DNA from: Phycisphaerales bacterium
GTDB lineage: Bacteria > Planctomycetota > Phycisphaerae > Phycisphaerales > UBA1924
Assembly: GCA_022843565.1 (NCBI GenBank)
Contig: JALHNK010000037.1
Location: 179 to 24,178, forward strand
Reading direction: 5' to 3'
Length of the DNA: 24,000 nt
The translations under genes and the position numbers were made by a program. Below, piece after piece: positions 14,979 through 23,007 of the stretch (position 1 is the stretch's first letter; the number at the start of each line of letters is the position of its first letter). Under the pieces are notes generated by a model. It saw nothing but the letters and a program-made list of their open reading frames with translations. It had not been told where the DNA came from and searched no databases.

Positions 14979-15053
14979 GGGTTCGCGGTCGCGGAGCGGC
15001 CGGGGCCCATAGAGTTTGGGTCAGCCGGTTCACACCCTTCTGCGAGAGCAAGC

Positions 15054-16910
15054 ATGAGCGACCGCAGCACACTCGAAACGACCAGCCCCACCCCCCCGGG
15101 CCACACGCGGATCTCCGTGCAGACCATCTCGGCTCAGGGAATGGCGTCGCCGTTCTCGCCGCTGGTGGGGTATTCGCTGGATCACCTGCTCAAGCTGGAC
15201 GGAATGCAAAGCCTTTACGACGACGCGCTGGATCAGCAGGCCGAGTCGTTCGCCGGGCGGGTGCTCAAGTCGCTGGCGATTCGTTCGGATGTCACAGAGT
15301 CAGACCTCCGCCGTATCCCCGCAACCGGGCCGACGATTTTCGTCGCGAATCACCCGCTGGGAGGGATCGACGGGCTGATGTTCCTCGAGCTGATCTCGCG
15401 GGCGCGGCCCGACGTCAAGCTGCTGGCCAACTCCTATCTCTCGATCATCCCCGAGCTTTCGAAAGACATCATCAAGGTCGATGTCTTCTCTGGCGACCAT
15501 GCCATCAACACCACCGCGATCCGGGCCTGCGTCCGCTGGCTCAAGGGTGGCGGTTGCCTCGCGAGTTTCCCGGCCGGCGAGGTTTCTCGGCTGCGCTTGC
15601 GTGAGGGTTCGGTCAGCGACGGGCCCTGGGCGGCCTCGGTAGCGATGCTCGCGCGGATGACCGGTGCCCAGGTTGTCCCAGTCTACTTTGACGCCCGAAA
15701 CAGTTGGATCTTCCAGGCCCTGGGGCTGGTCCACCCGCTGCTGCGCACGGCGCTGCTGCCCCGCGAGATGCTGTGGAAGCGCGGCGCGAGCATTCGCGTG
15801 CGCGTCGGGCGGGCGGTCGCGGCCGAGCGGTTGGTTCGGTTTGAGTGCGACGCCGACGCCGCGTCGTATCTGCGGGCGCGGACGTACTTGATGTCGGACG
15901 CGGCGCCGAAGCAATCCAAGGTCCGCGTTCAGGCCGAGATCGCGCCAGAGACTGCGACGGAGCTGCTGCAGAAGGACGTGGACGCTCTGCCAGCGGATCG
16001 CGCGCTGGCATCGATCGGCACGATGCGCGTGATCATCGCCGATGCGCACGAGCTGCCGCATGTCTTGCCGGAGATCTGCCGCCTGCGTGAGATCTCGTTC
16101 CGCGATGCGGGCGAGGGCACGGGCAAGTCGATGGACACCGATGAGTTTGACCGCACGTACAAGCACCTGTTTGTCTGGGACGACACGAAGCGAACGATCG
16201 TCGGCGCGTATCGGCTCGGCCTCACCGATAAGCTCATCGCCCGCAGCGGCGTCGCGGGGCTCTACACGTCGACGCTCTTCAGGTACGACGAGGCGCAGCT
16301 CAAGCTGCTGACGCCGGGGATCGAACTGGGCCGCTCGTTCGTGCGGAAGGAAAGCCAGAACGACTTTGCGTCGCTGCTGCTGCTCTGGCAGGGGATCGGG
16401 CACTTTGCGGTGGCCAACCCGCAGTACCGGATGCTCTTTGGAACGGTGAGCATCTCCGATGACTACCCGTCGCTGTGCCGCAAGCTGCTGGTGAACTTTG
16501 TGAACGAGACGGTGGGCGCGGGTGACTTCAAGGGGCTGGCGAGCCCGACGAGCCCGCCGCGGTTCGGAAGGTTTCGGCAGCGCGAGACGGACCTGGCATC
16601 GCAAACGATCGACAACCTCGACGACGCGGACCAGCTCGTCGCGTCGATCGACCCCAACGGCCGCGGCGTGCCGGTGCTGCTCCGCCAATACCTTGCGCTC
16701 GGCGCGAAGCTCGTGGGCTTCAACGTGGACTCGGCCTTCGGCGATGCGCTGGACGGCCTGATCGTCGTGGACCTGGCCAAGGCACCGGCGCGGCGCGTCG
16801 CTCGCTACATGAGCGTGAAGGGTCACGCCGAGTTCCTGCGCTACCACGGCATCGCACCCACGCCGGGCGGCTCGGCGATGCGCGCGGCGAAGCAGAAGCT
16901 CGAAGGCTGA
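15054..16910 (+). CDS. Bifunctional acyltransferase: N-terminal PlsC-like lysolipid acyltransferase domain plus C-terminal OlsB-like GNAT N-acyltransferase domain (OlsF-like aminolipid synthase candidate)
   Basis: The N-terminal half has FVANHPLGGIDG (His/Asp catalytic box) and FPAGEVSR. The C-terminal half has LREISFRDAGEGTGKSMDTDEFDRTYKHLFVWDDTKRTIVGAYRLG and GVPVLLRQYLALGAKLVGFNVDSAFGDALDGLIVVDL, typical of the OlsB/hemolysin-like N-acyltransferase family. Confidence 0.8.
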   Translation: MSDRSTLETTSPTPPGHTRISVQTISAQGMASPFSPLVGYSLDHLLKLDGMQSLYDDALDQQAESFAGRVLKSLAIRSDVTESDLRRIPATGPTIFVANHPLGGIDGLMFLELISRARPDVKLLANSYLSIIPELSKDIIKVDVFSGDHAINTTAIRACVRWLKGGGCLASFPAGEVSRLRLREGSVSDGPWAASVAMLARMTGAQVVPVYFDARNSWIFQALGLVHPLLRTALLPREMLWKRGASIRVRVGRAVAAERLVRFECDADAASYLRARTYLMSDAAPKQSKVRVQAEIAPETATELLQKDVDALPADRALASIGTMRVIIADAHELPHVLPEICRLREISFRDAGEGTGKSMDTDEFDRTYKHLFVWDDTKRTIVGAYRLGLTDKLIARSGVAGLYTSTLFRYDEAQLKLLTPGIELGRSFVRKESQNDFASLLLLWQGIGHFAVANPQYRMLFGTVSISDDYPSLCRKLLVNFVNETVGAGDFKGLASPTSPPRFGRFRQRETDLASQTIDNLDDADQLVASIDPNGRGVPVLLRQYLALGAKLVGFNVDSAFGDALDGLIVVDLAKAPARRVARYMSVKGHAEFLRYHGIAPTPGGSAMRAAKQKLEG

Positions 16911-16928
16911 CGAGGCTCCATGTGAAAG

Positions 16929-16954
16929 CCACCGGCCTGTCGTGGGGCTGGTGG
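16929..16954 (+). terminator. Possible terminator hairpin downstream of the acyltransferase gene
   Basis: CCACCGGCC (16929-16937) pairs with GGCTGGTGG (16946-16954), giving 9 bp including one G.U around an 8-nt loop. Only a weak T-containing tail follows. A second hairpin, CACTGACCTG-AGGA-CAGGTCGGTG (16997-17020), abuts the convergent tal stop. Confidence 0.35.
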
Positions 16955-17029
16955 CGCGGGGCTGATCTGGGAGTTTGTCGAGACTCGATACGGCGGCACT
17001 GACCTGAGGACAGGTCGGTGGCACGAGAC

Positions 17030-17680
17030 TTAGCCCGGGAAGGCCTTCTTGTAGTCCTCGACGAACTTCTTCAGGCCGCTGTCGGTCAGCGGGTGGTTCA
17101 GCGCGGTCTTGATCACGCTCAGCGGCATCGTGGCGACATCAGATCCCGCCAGCGCACAATCAACCAGGTGCTTGTTGTGGCGGATGCTGGCGGCGAGGAT
17201 CTTGGTCCGGAAGCCGTAGTTGTCGTAGATCTGCCGCATGCGGTGGATGAGGTCCATGCCGTCCTCGGCGACGTCGTCGAGGCGGCCGATGAACGGCGAC
17301 ACCAGGAACGCGCCGGCCTTGGCGACCATGAGGGCCTGCAGCGGCTGGAAGACGAGCGTCATGTTGGTCTTGGTGCCCTGATCGCTGAGGGCCTTGCAGG
17401 CCTTCAGGCCGTCGATCGTTGTGGGGAGCTTGACGACGATGTTGGGCGCGATCTTGATCAGCTCCGCCGCTTCTTTCATCATGCCCGCGTAATCGGTGGA
17501 GATGACCTCGCCAGACACCGGGCCGCTGACGACCTCGCAGATCTGCTTGAGGCGGGCGTGGTACGTGACGCCCTTTTCCTTCGCGATCAGCGACGGGTTG
17601 GTGGTCACGCCATCAAGGATGCCGAGCGCCGCGGCTTCTTTGATCTCGTCGAGATTCGCGGTATCGATGTACAGGTCCAT
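17030..17680 (-). CDS. tal: Transaldolase / fructose-6-phosphate aldolase family (short type 3B, 216 aa)
   Basis: ORF 17030-17839. I prefer the ATG at 17680 (MDLYIDTANLDEIKEAAALGILDGVTTNPSLIAKE). The Schiff-base Lys block is NIVVKLPTT, followed by TNMTLVFQPLQALMVAKAGAFLVSPFIGRLDD. Confidence 0.9.
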   Translation of the reverse strand: MDLYIDTANLDEIKEAAALGILDGVTTNPSLIAKEKGVTYHARLKQICEVVSGPVSGEVISTDYAGMMKEAAELIKIAPNIVVKLPTTIDGLKACKALSDQGTKTNMTLVFQPLQALMVAKAGAFLVSPFIGRLDDVAEDGMDLIHRMRQIYDNYGFRTKILAASIRHNKHLVDCALAGSDVATMPLSVIKTALNHPLTDSGLKKFVEDYKKAFPG

Positions 17681-17877
17681 GGCGAGGCTCCGGGGTGAAT
17701 GGCGGTGCGTTTGCGAACAGGTCAGAGCGTATGCGGCCTGCCGCGAATGGCGGTTGAAGTGGCTGCGAGCGGGGGTTCGATGCCGCCGCGAACCAAGCGT
17801 GACGGCGCCGGGCAACCTCAATCCCCGACGATGCCGCACGCCTCACCACATTCATCGGCTTCGAGTACGCTCTGAGC

Positions 17878-18864
17878 ATGAAATCACTGAAGACGATCGT
17901 GTGCGGAGGCCTCATCGCGGCGGCTCTCGCCTTGGGCGGGTGCGGCGCTTCCGGGCGCAGCGCCATCGACGACGGCGCACCGCCGGCCCTTCTCTCTGTG
18001 CAAGACGCTCGGCGCGTCGCGATCTTTGATGAGCGGGGAGAGCAGGTCACATGGGAACGCCTCCTCAGCGACGCGGCCGCCGCCGACGCGGTGATCCTCG
18101 GCGAGCAGCACGGGCACGAACTGGGGCTGTCGGCCGCCGCGGCTTTGTGGCGTGATCTGATCGCACGGGGCGGCGTCCCCGGCGATGGCAGAGCCAGCGC
18201 GTTTCGCGGGGCGCTCGCGCTTGAGTTCATCGAGCGCGACGACCAATCACGCCTGGACGACTTCCTCGCGGGGCTCAGCGATGAACCGACATTCATCCGA
18301 CGCGCGGGGCGTTCGAGTGATGGGCCGACTGGTGGCAACTGGAGCGCCGGCCATCGCGACATGGTTCTGGCGGCCAAGGACGCGGGCAGGCCGGTCATTG
18401 CCGCGAACTCGCCCCGCCCGTACGTGCGCCTCGCCAGAACCAAGGGCTTCGAGGCGCTGCGGGAGCTCACCGACGACCAGCGGCGGCTGTTCGTTGAGCC
18501 GCGTGAAATGCCGACGGGCCGGTATCGCGAGGAGTTTGAGAAACTGATGGGCGCTGGCGGCGAGGGTGTCACGGATGCGAAACGCTCGAACATCGACGGG
18601 CTCTTTCGTGCGCAGAGCGTCTGGGACTGGACCATGGCGTCGAGCATGAACGACGCCATCAACCGCGGCCACCGGCCGACGGTGCTTGTCGTCGGTCAGT
18701 TTCACAGCGACTTCCGAGGTGGCCTCGTTCAAGCCCTGGACATCATCCGCCCGGGGCGCCGCATCGTGACCGTGAGCTTTCAGAGCGAGGTGTCACGTTC
18801 CGCGACAAGTCTGCCGTCGGATCACGTTGGGCGCGCTTCGTTCGTCGTGGGCACGGGGGAGTGA
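17878..18864 (+). CDS. ChaN-family (Tiki/haem-binding uptake superfamily) lipoprotein
   Basis: The signal peptide has a lipobox-like LALGGC. Conserved blocks are AVILGEQHGHELG, VIAANSPRPYVRLA, RAQSVWDWTMASSM and LVVGQFHSDFRGG. Confidence 0.75.
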   Translation: MKSLKTIVCGGLIAAALALGGCGASGRSAIDDGAPPALLSVQDARRVAIFDERGEQVTWERLLSDAAAADAVILGEQHGHELGLSAAAALWRDLIARGGVPGDGRASAFRGALALEFIERDDQSRLDDFLAGLSDEPTFIRRAGRSSDGPTGGNWSAGHRDMVLAAKDAGRPVIAANSPRPYVRLARTKGFEALRELTDDQRRLFVEPREMPTGRYREEFEKLMGAGGEGVTDAKRSNIDGLFRAQSVWDWTMASSMNDAINRGHRPTVLVVGQFHSDFRGGLVQALDIIRPGRRIVTVSFQSEVSRSATSLPSDHVGRASFVVGTGE

Positions 18865-18869
18865 AAGGC

Positions 18870-19018
18870 GAACGTGAACGTGAACGCGAACATGAAAAGG
18901 AATCTGCGGTCGGTTGTCTTGGGCCCGGACGTGCATCGCGGCTGGTGATCGCAACGGGACGAGGCTTGCCGGTGCGGAGGTCCTTTTCATGTTCATGTTC
19001 GCGTTCATGTTCGCGTTC
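18870..19018. repeat. 149-bp intergenic inverted repeat built from GAACRY hexamer tandem repeats (32-bp stem, 79-nt loop)
   Basis: The left arm is gaacgtgaacgtgaacgcgaacatgaaaagga (18870-18901). The right arm is tccttttcatgttcatgttcgcgttcatgttcgcgttc (18981-19018). Base-by-base pairing of 18870-18901 with 19012-18981 gives 28 Watson-Crick pairs, 3 G.U pairs and 1 C.A mismatch. Confidence 0.85.
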
Positions 19019-19029
19019 TACCCTTCCCC

Positions 19030-19848
19030 GTGATCGACACCCATTGCCATCTGACGTTTCCGGAGTTTCAGCGAGAGGTGCCGCGGACGTTGGGGGAGGC
19101 GCGGGCGGCCGGCGTGAACGGGTGTATCACGATCTCGACGACGGCCGACGACGCGCTGGCGGCGCTGCAGATCGCGCGAGCCCACGAAAGTGTGTGGTGT
19201 ACCGCCGGCGTTCATCCGCTGTACAGCGACAAGGGGCCGCATGACTGGGGGATCATCCGTGCGTGCATCGCCGACCCGAAGTGTGTGGGCTGGGGTGAGC
19301 TTGGATTGGACAATCACTATTCCAAGCCGCCGAAGGAGATCCAGCTCGCGGTGTTGCACGAGCAGCTCGGAGTGATCAAGGACGTCGATCGCGGCATCGG
19401 CGCGGTTGGCGCTCCCTCGATGACGGGCGGTGCTGGTAAGCCGATCGTGGTTCACTGCCGCGAGGCGTTTTCGGAGATCGTGCCTTTGCTCAAGGCCAGC
19501 GGCATCGCGCCCGGTCGCTTCGTGTTCCATTGCTTTACCGGGTCGGTCGATCACATGCGCCTGCTGCTGGACTTTGGCGCGATGGCGAGCTTTACGGGCG
19601 TGATCACGTACAAGAACGCCGAGAACGTGCGCGAGGCCGCGAGGCTCGCGCCGGCCGATCGGATCATGGTCGAGACTGACGCGCCGTTTCTGTCGCCGGA
19701 ACCGCTGCGCACCAAGCGACCGTGCACACCCGCGATGGTGCGGCTCACCGCCGAGGCGCTGGCCACCGTCCGCGGCGTGAGCTTCGAAGACATGCACCGG
19801 CAGTTGAACGAGAACACGTCGCGGTTCTTTGGGATCAATGCGACGTGA
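19030..19848 (+). CDS. TatD-family metal-dependent hydrolase/DNase
   Basis: A GTG start gives MIDTHCHLTFPEF. Conserved blocks are GVHPLY, GWGELGLDNHY, PIVVHCREAF, FHCFTGS, SFTGVITYKN and IMVETDAPFLSPEP. No SD is visible upstream. Confidence 0.9.
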   Translation: MIDTHCHLTFPEFQREVPRTLGEARAAGVNGCITISTTADDALAALQIARAHESVWCTAGVHPLYSDKGPHDWGIIRACIADPKCVGWGELGLDNHYSKPPKEIQLAVLHEQLGVIKDVDRGIGAVGAPSMTGGAGKPIVVHCREAFSEIVPLLKASGIAPGRFVFHCFTGSVDHMRLLLDFGAMASFTGVITYKNAENVREAARLAPADRIMVETDAPFLSPEPLRTKRPCTPAMVRLTAEALATVRGVSFEDMHRQLNENTSRFFGINAT

Positions 19849-19857
19849 GAACGATGA

Positions 19858-19899
19858 ACGGATCCGAAGCGGATCCGTGTCTGGCACGGAGTGCCAGAC
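19858..19899. terminator. Two abutting perfect hairpins between the convergent tatD-family and yajQ genes (probable bidirectional terminator)
   Basis: ACGGATCCG-aag-CGGATCCGT (19858-19878) is followed immediately by GTCTGGCAC-gga-GTGCCAGAC (19879-19899). Each is a perfect 9-bp stem with a 3-nt loop. There is no strong U-tract. Confidence 0.6.
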
Positions 19900-19907
19900 C
19901 TACCCGA

Positions 19908-20402
19908 TTAGTCGCGCTTCATGTTCACATACTGCAGCGGCACGCTCAGGCCAGCGCCATCCAGCAGCTTCATCACCGCCTGAAGGTCGTCGATCTGCTT
20001 GGCGGTGACGCGGACTTCTTCGCCCTGGATCGACGCGGTAACCTTCATCTTGGTCTCTTTGATGCGCGCGACGATGTCCTTGGCGATCGGCTGCTCGATG
20101 CCTTCCTTGATCTTGACGAACCGCTTCAGCGCGCCGGCGGCGCCGCTCTCGGCGTCCTTGAACTCGAAGGTCTTGGGGTTCATCCCGCGACGCATGACGC
20201 TCTGGAGGAACATCTCACGCATCGCGGCGTGCTTGGTCTCGTCAACGGTCATGAACTTGAGCTGCTTCTCTTTCTTGTCCAGCTCAATCTCCGCCTGAAC
20301 GCCTCTAAAGTCAAAGCGCGTGGCGATCATCTTCTTGGTGTTGTTCAGGGCGTTGTCGAGCTCGGCCCAATCGACCTTGCAGGCAATATCAAACGATGGC
20401 AT
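19908..20402 (-). CDS. yajQ: YajQ-family nucleotide (cyclic-di-GMP)-binding protein
   Basis: ORF 19908-20549. I prefer the ATG at 20402 (MPSFDIACKVDWAELDNALNNTKKMIATRFDFRG). At 164 aa it is collinear with the UPF0234/YajQ family through to LQYVNMKRD. Confidence 0.9.
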   Translation of the reverse strand: MPSFDIACKVDWAELDNALNNTKKMIATRFDFRGVQAEIELDKKEKQLKFMTVDETKHAAMREMFLQSVMRRGMNPKTFEFKDAESGAAGALKRFVKIKEGIEQPIAKDIVARIKETKMKVTASIQGEEVRVTAKQIDDLQAVMKLLDGAGLSVPLQYVNMKRD

Positions 20403-20427
20403 GGCGTGCTCCTTGAGGCGTGCGTGA

Positions 20428-21795
20428 TCAGCGCGGGCGGGTGATGTCCGGGCCCAGCGTCTGGAAGAGTGTAGTGGCCCGGCGTGCCAACGCCGCGGCG
20501 TGCGACAGGCGTGGCATCCCCACCTTGCCGGCGACCATCGGCACCGCACCGAGCGTCATCGTCCGAAGGGCAACACTGACCCAGAAAAGCGTGACGTACG
20601 CACCCGCGTCGGTGCCCAGCGCGCTGAGCAGCCAGCCGCCGGCCAGGGTGCCCAGGCCCATTGCCAGCGTGTTGCCCAGGAAGTACGTCGCCATCAGGCT
20701 GGTGCGCTCGCGCTCGTGCAGGTGCTCGAGCTGGAGCAGCCAGGTGCCCAGTTCGTACGCGCCCCACGCGGCCCCGGCGATGAACTGCGCCGCGAAGAGG
20801 ATGCGCAGGTCCGTCGTGATCGCGAAGACGGCGACGGGCGGGATGGTTGCGATCGCGCCGATCCAGAGCAGCCGGCGAGCCCCGACGCGCTGGCCCAAGG
20901 CACCCCACACCGGCAGCGCGAGCATCTTGCCCAGGATCACCGTGCCCACCAGACCCGCGTAGACCAGATAGTTCAGCTCAAGCTGCTTGAGGATGTACGG
21001 ATTGATGAATGGTCCGGACACGTTCACCGCGGCGGTCACCAGGAACATGTAGCCCAGCAGCTTCGCGTCGCGCCCGTGGCCCTTGCTCACCATGCGGCGC
21101 AGCAGCTCGATCGGCCCGACGCGCCGATCCTCACGCGCGGACCGCTCGGGCTCGTGGATCGAGACGAGGTATGCAAACGAGATCCCTCGGCAGATGCCCG
21201 CGCCGGCAAACATGGCGGCAAAGACCAGCAGCGTCGCGTCATGGGCGGCGTCCGCCGGTGCGAGCTGCACCACGCCGTAGAGCAGCAGCCCGCCGACGAT
21301 GAACCCGATGAGCTGCCCGACCTGCAAGGCCCGCTGCCGAATGCCGAAGTACCGCGAGCGCACGCGCCCGCCGAGGCGTGCGGGGACGATCGAGCTGATC
21401 CACGTCGCCCACGTGGCCCCGGCCGCCATGCCCGAGGCCCAGTACAGCGTCGCGCTCAGGAAGACCGCCCACGCGGGGATCGCGCCAACCAGTGCGCCGA
21501 TGAAGAGTGGGAAGAACGACATCGCCTGGATCGCCACGCAGATCAGCGACCAGCGCTTGGCGCTGCCGGCCCATCGCGCGCCGGGCACCGCGATCATCTG
21601 CACGACGCCGCCGACCATCTGCGGCAGCGTCGCGACGAAGCCGGAGAAGACTTCCCCGAGCCCCACCGCGAGCACGAACGCGGGGATGTAGAACTCACCG
21701 AGCCCGACCATGACGCTGAAATAGCTGCCATCGATCGCCGAGCGACGCATGTCGCGCCGGCGGAGGGACTTCGGACGTGATGGGTGCTGTGACAC
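20428..21795 (-). CDS. MFS-type transporter
   Basis: The 455-aa ORF has about 12 hydrophobic helices and MFS-like loops (ARLGGRVRSRYFGIRQ, LGQRVGARRLLWIG). It ends 25 nt upstream of the yajQ start on the same strand. An alternative start lies at 21750. Confidence 0.85.
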   Translation of the reverse strand: MSQHPSRPKSLRRRDMRRSAIDGSYFSVMVGLGEFYIPAFVLAVGLGEVFSGFVATLPQMVGGVVQMIAVPGARWAGSAKRWSLICVAIQAMSFFPLFIGALVGAIPAWAVFLSATLYWASGMAAGATWATWISSIVPARLGGRVRSRYFGIRQRALQVGQLIGFIVGGLLLYGVVQLAPADAAHDATLLVFAAMFAGAGICRGISFAYLVSIHEPERSAREDRRVGPIELLRRMVSKGHGRDAKLLGYMFLVTAAVNVSGPFINPYILKQLELNYLVYAGLVGTVILGKMLALPVWGALGQRVGARRLLWIGAIATIPPVAVFAITTDLRILFAAQFIAGAAWGAYELGTWLLQLEHLHERERTSLMATYFLGNTLAMGLGTLAGGWLLSALGTDAGAYVTLFWVSVALRTMTLGAVPMVAGKVGMPRLSHAAALARRATTLFQTLGPDITRPR

Positions 21796-22065
21796 AGGTC
21801 GAGGTTATACGGGCCTCGCCCCGCGCTCTCGGACGTCGCGAGTTTCACTCTGGACAAGCCATGACGGCGATGGCGCGAAATCGCCGCCAATCGCAGCGAT
21901 ACGCCGGACGCCGCGCTGGCACCGCCGCCGCGCGTACGCCATCTTTGGGCCGCAACTGCCTGTGATGTCAGTTGAGTCCAGCGTACTCCAGCACGCTCCT
22001 CGCGTCGGCCCAGGCCCACCGAAGAGACACCTGGGATTCCATACACCAGATCAGGAGGAGAGAGC

Positions 22066-22737
22066 ATGAATCGCAAGAGCATTGGTACGATCGCCGCCGT
22101 CGCGATGTTGAGCGCAGCCGGCGCCGCGAACGCCGACATTGTCGCCACCGCATTGGTGACCGCCGACAACCACTACGCCCTCTACACCGGCGATCCGTCG
22201 AGCGTCAGCTTCATCGGCCGCAACGAGCTCAGCGGCGGCGGCGCCCCCGGCCAGTACAACTGGTCGCAGGCCGAGCTTCACACGTTCACCAGCGGGCAGT
22301 TCATCTACATCGCGACCTGGAGCGATAACGCCACGGCGCAGGGCCTGCTCGCCTCGATCTCGCTGAGCAACGGCGACACCGCCAACTCCGGCGACTCGCG
22401 CTGGCAGGTCTATCGCTCGAACCAGGACCTCGGCAGCGGGGCCGCGGCCCCGACCACCTCGACTGTCGTGGGCTGGATCAGCACCGCAACGACGAACAAC
22501 CTCTGGGAGACGCCGCACATCGGCGGGGCCAACGGCATCGCGCCGTGGGGCACCGTCCCCGGCATCGGCTCGGTGCCGCGCTGGATGTGGACGACGGTCC
22601 CCGGCGATGGTGACCCGCTCGTCGGCGGCTCGGGCTATGGCGAAACGCTGCTGTTCCGCATGGCGGTGCCGACGCCGGGTGCCGCGGGATTGATGGCGAT
22701 GGGCGGGCTTCTCGCCAGCCGTCGTCGTCGTGCTTGA
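22066..22737 (+). CDS. PEP-CTERM-anchored secreted protein (function unknown)
   Basis: A strong SD (AGGAGGAG, 22053-22060) precedes the start. The signal peptide is IGTIAAVAMLSAAGAANA. The C-terminal sorting signal is VPTPGAAGLMAMGGLLASRRRRA (P-x-P motif, TM helix, Arg cluster). Confidence 0.8.
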   Translation: MNRKSIGTIAAVAMLSAAGAANADIVATALVTADNHYALYTGDPSSVSFIGRNELSGGGAPGQYNWSQAELHTFTSGQFIYIATWSDNATAQGLLASISLSNGDTANSGDSRWQVYRSNQDLGSGAAAPTTSTVVGWISTATTNNLWETPHIGGANGIAPWGTVPGIGSVPRWMWTTVPGDGDPLVGGSGYGETLLFRMAVPTPGAAGLMAMGGLLASRRRRA

Positions 22738-22809
22738 TAACCCCATCGACGCACGCAAACGCGATCGCGCGTCGGCGAGTGCGCGTGCAATCCGAGTCCC
22801 CTCCAGACG

Positions 22810-22840
22810 CCCCGCGATCCGATCGCGGGGTGTTTGCTTG
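22810..22840 (+). terminator. Intrinsic-terminator-like hairpin downstream of the PEP-CTERM gene
   Basis: CCCCGCGATC-c-GATCGCGGGG (22810-22830) has perfect 10-nt complementary arms and is followed by TGTTTGCTTG. Confidence 0.55.
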
Positions 22841-23007
22841 CGCTCCCCAAGCGATCGTTGCACCGTCATCTGACAGCGGCGGCAACGACTTCAACGCGCG
22901 ATCACCCCGAAGGAAACGTTCAGCCGATATGCGTCGCTCCGCCGCGGCCCCACGGCCGCAACGAGGCACCGCAGCCGGGTGAGCAGTGCTTTGCTGAGGC
23001 CGAACAC

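Noticed and set aside
15300-17024. 574-aa minus-strand ORF
   Set aside because: It lies antisense to the acyltransferase gene, which has clear PlsC-like and OlsB-like motifs. The product is Arg/Pro/Gln-rich with no motifs, so it is a shadow ORF.
17697-17874. 10-nt direct repeat GAATGGCGGT (17697-17706 and 17745-17754) and 9-nt inverted repeat CAGAGCGTA/TACGCTCTG (17723-17731 and 17866-17874) in the tal-chaN divergent region
   Set aside because: The repeats are short and widely spaced with no obvious symmetry around a promoter. Chance matches are plausible in biased-composition DNA.
17613-18662. 349-aa minus-strand ORF and the 226-aa plus-strand ORF at 17018-17698
   Set aside because: They lie antisense to the ChaN-family lipoprotein gene and the transaldolase gene respectively. 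Both real genes have strong family motifs on the opposite strand.
18870-19018. Possible CRISPR array or tandem-repeat locus
   Set aside because: The repeat units are only 6 nt, arranged as two inverted arms with a single intervening segment. There is no repeat-spacer periodicity and no cas genes.
18861-19244. 127-aa ORF starting MKGEREREREHEKE, and minus-strand ORF 18793-19008
   Set aside because: The peptide repeats are simply the translation of the GAACRY hexamer arms. The ORF then runs out of frame into the TatD gene, so it is not a gene.
20500-21780. 426-aa plus-strand ORF, and also 19722-20444 plus
   Set aside because: They lie antisense to the MFS transporter and yajQ. The products are extremely Arg/Asp/His-rich with no hydrophobic core, so they are shadow ORFs.
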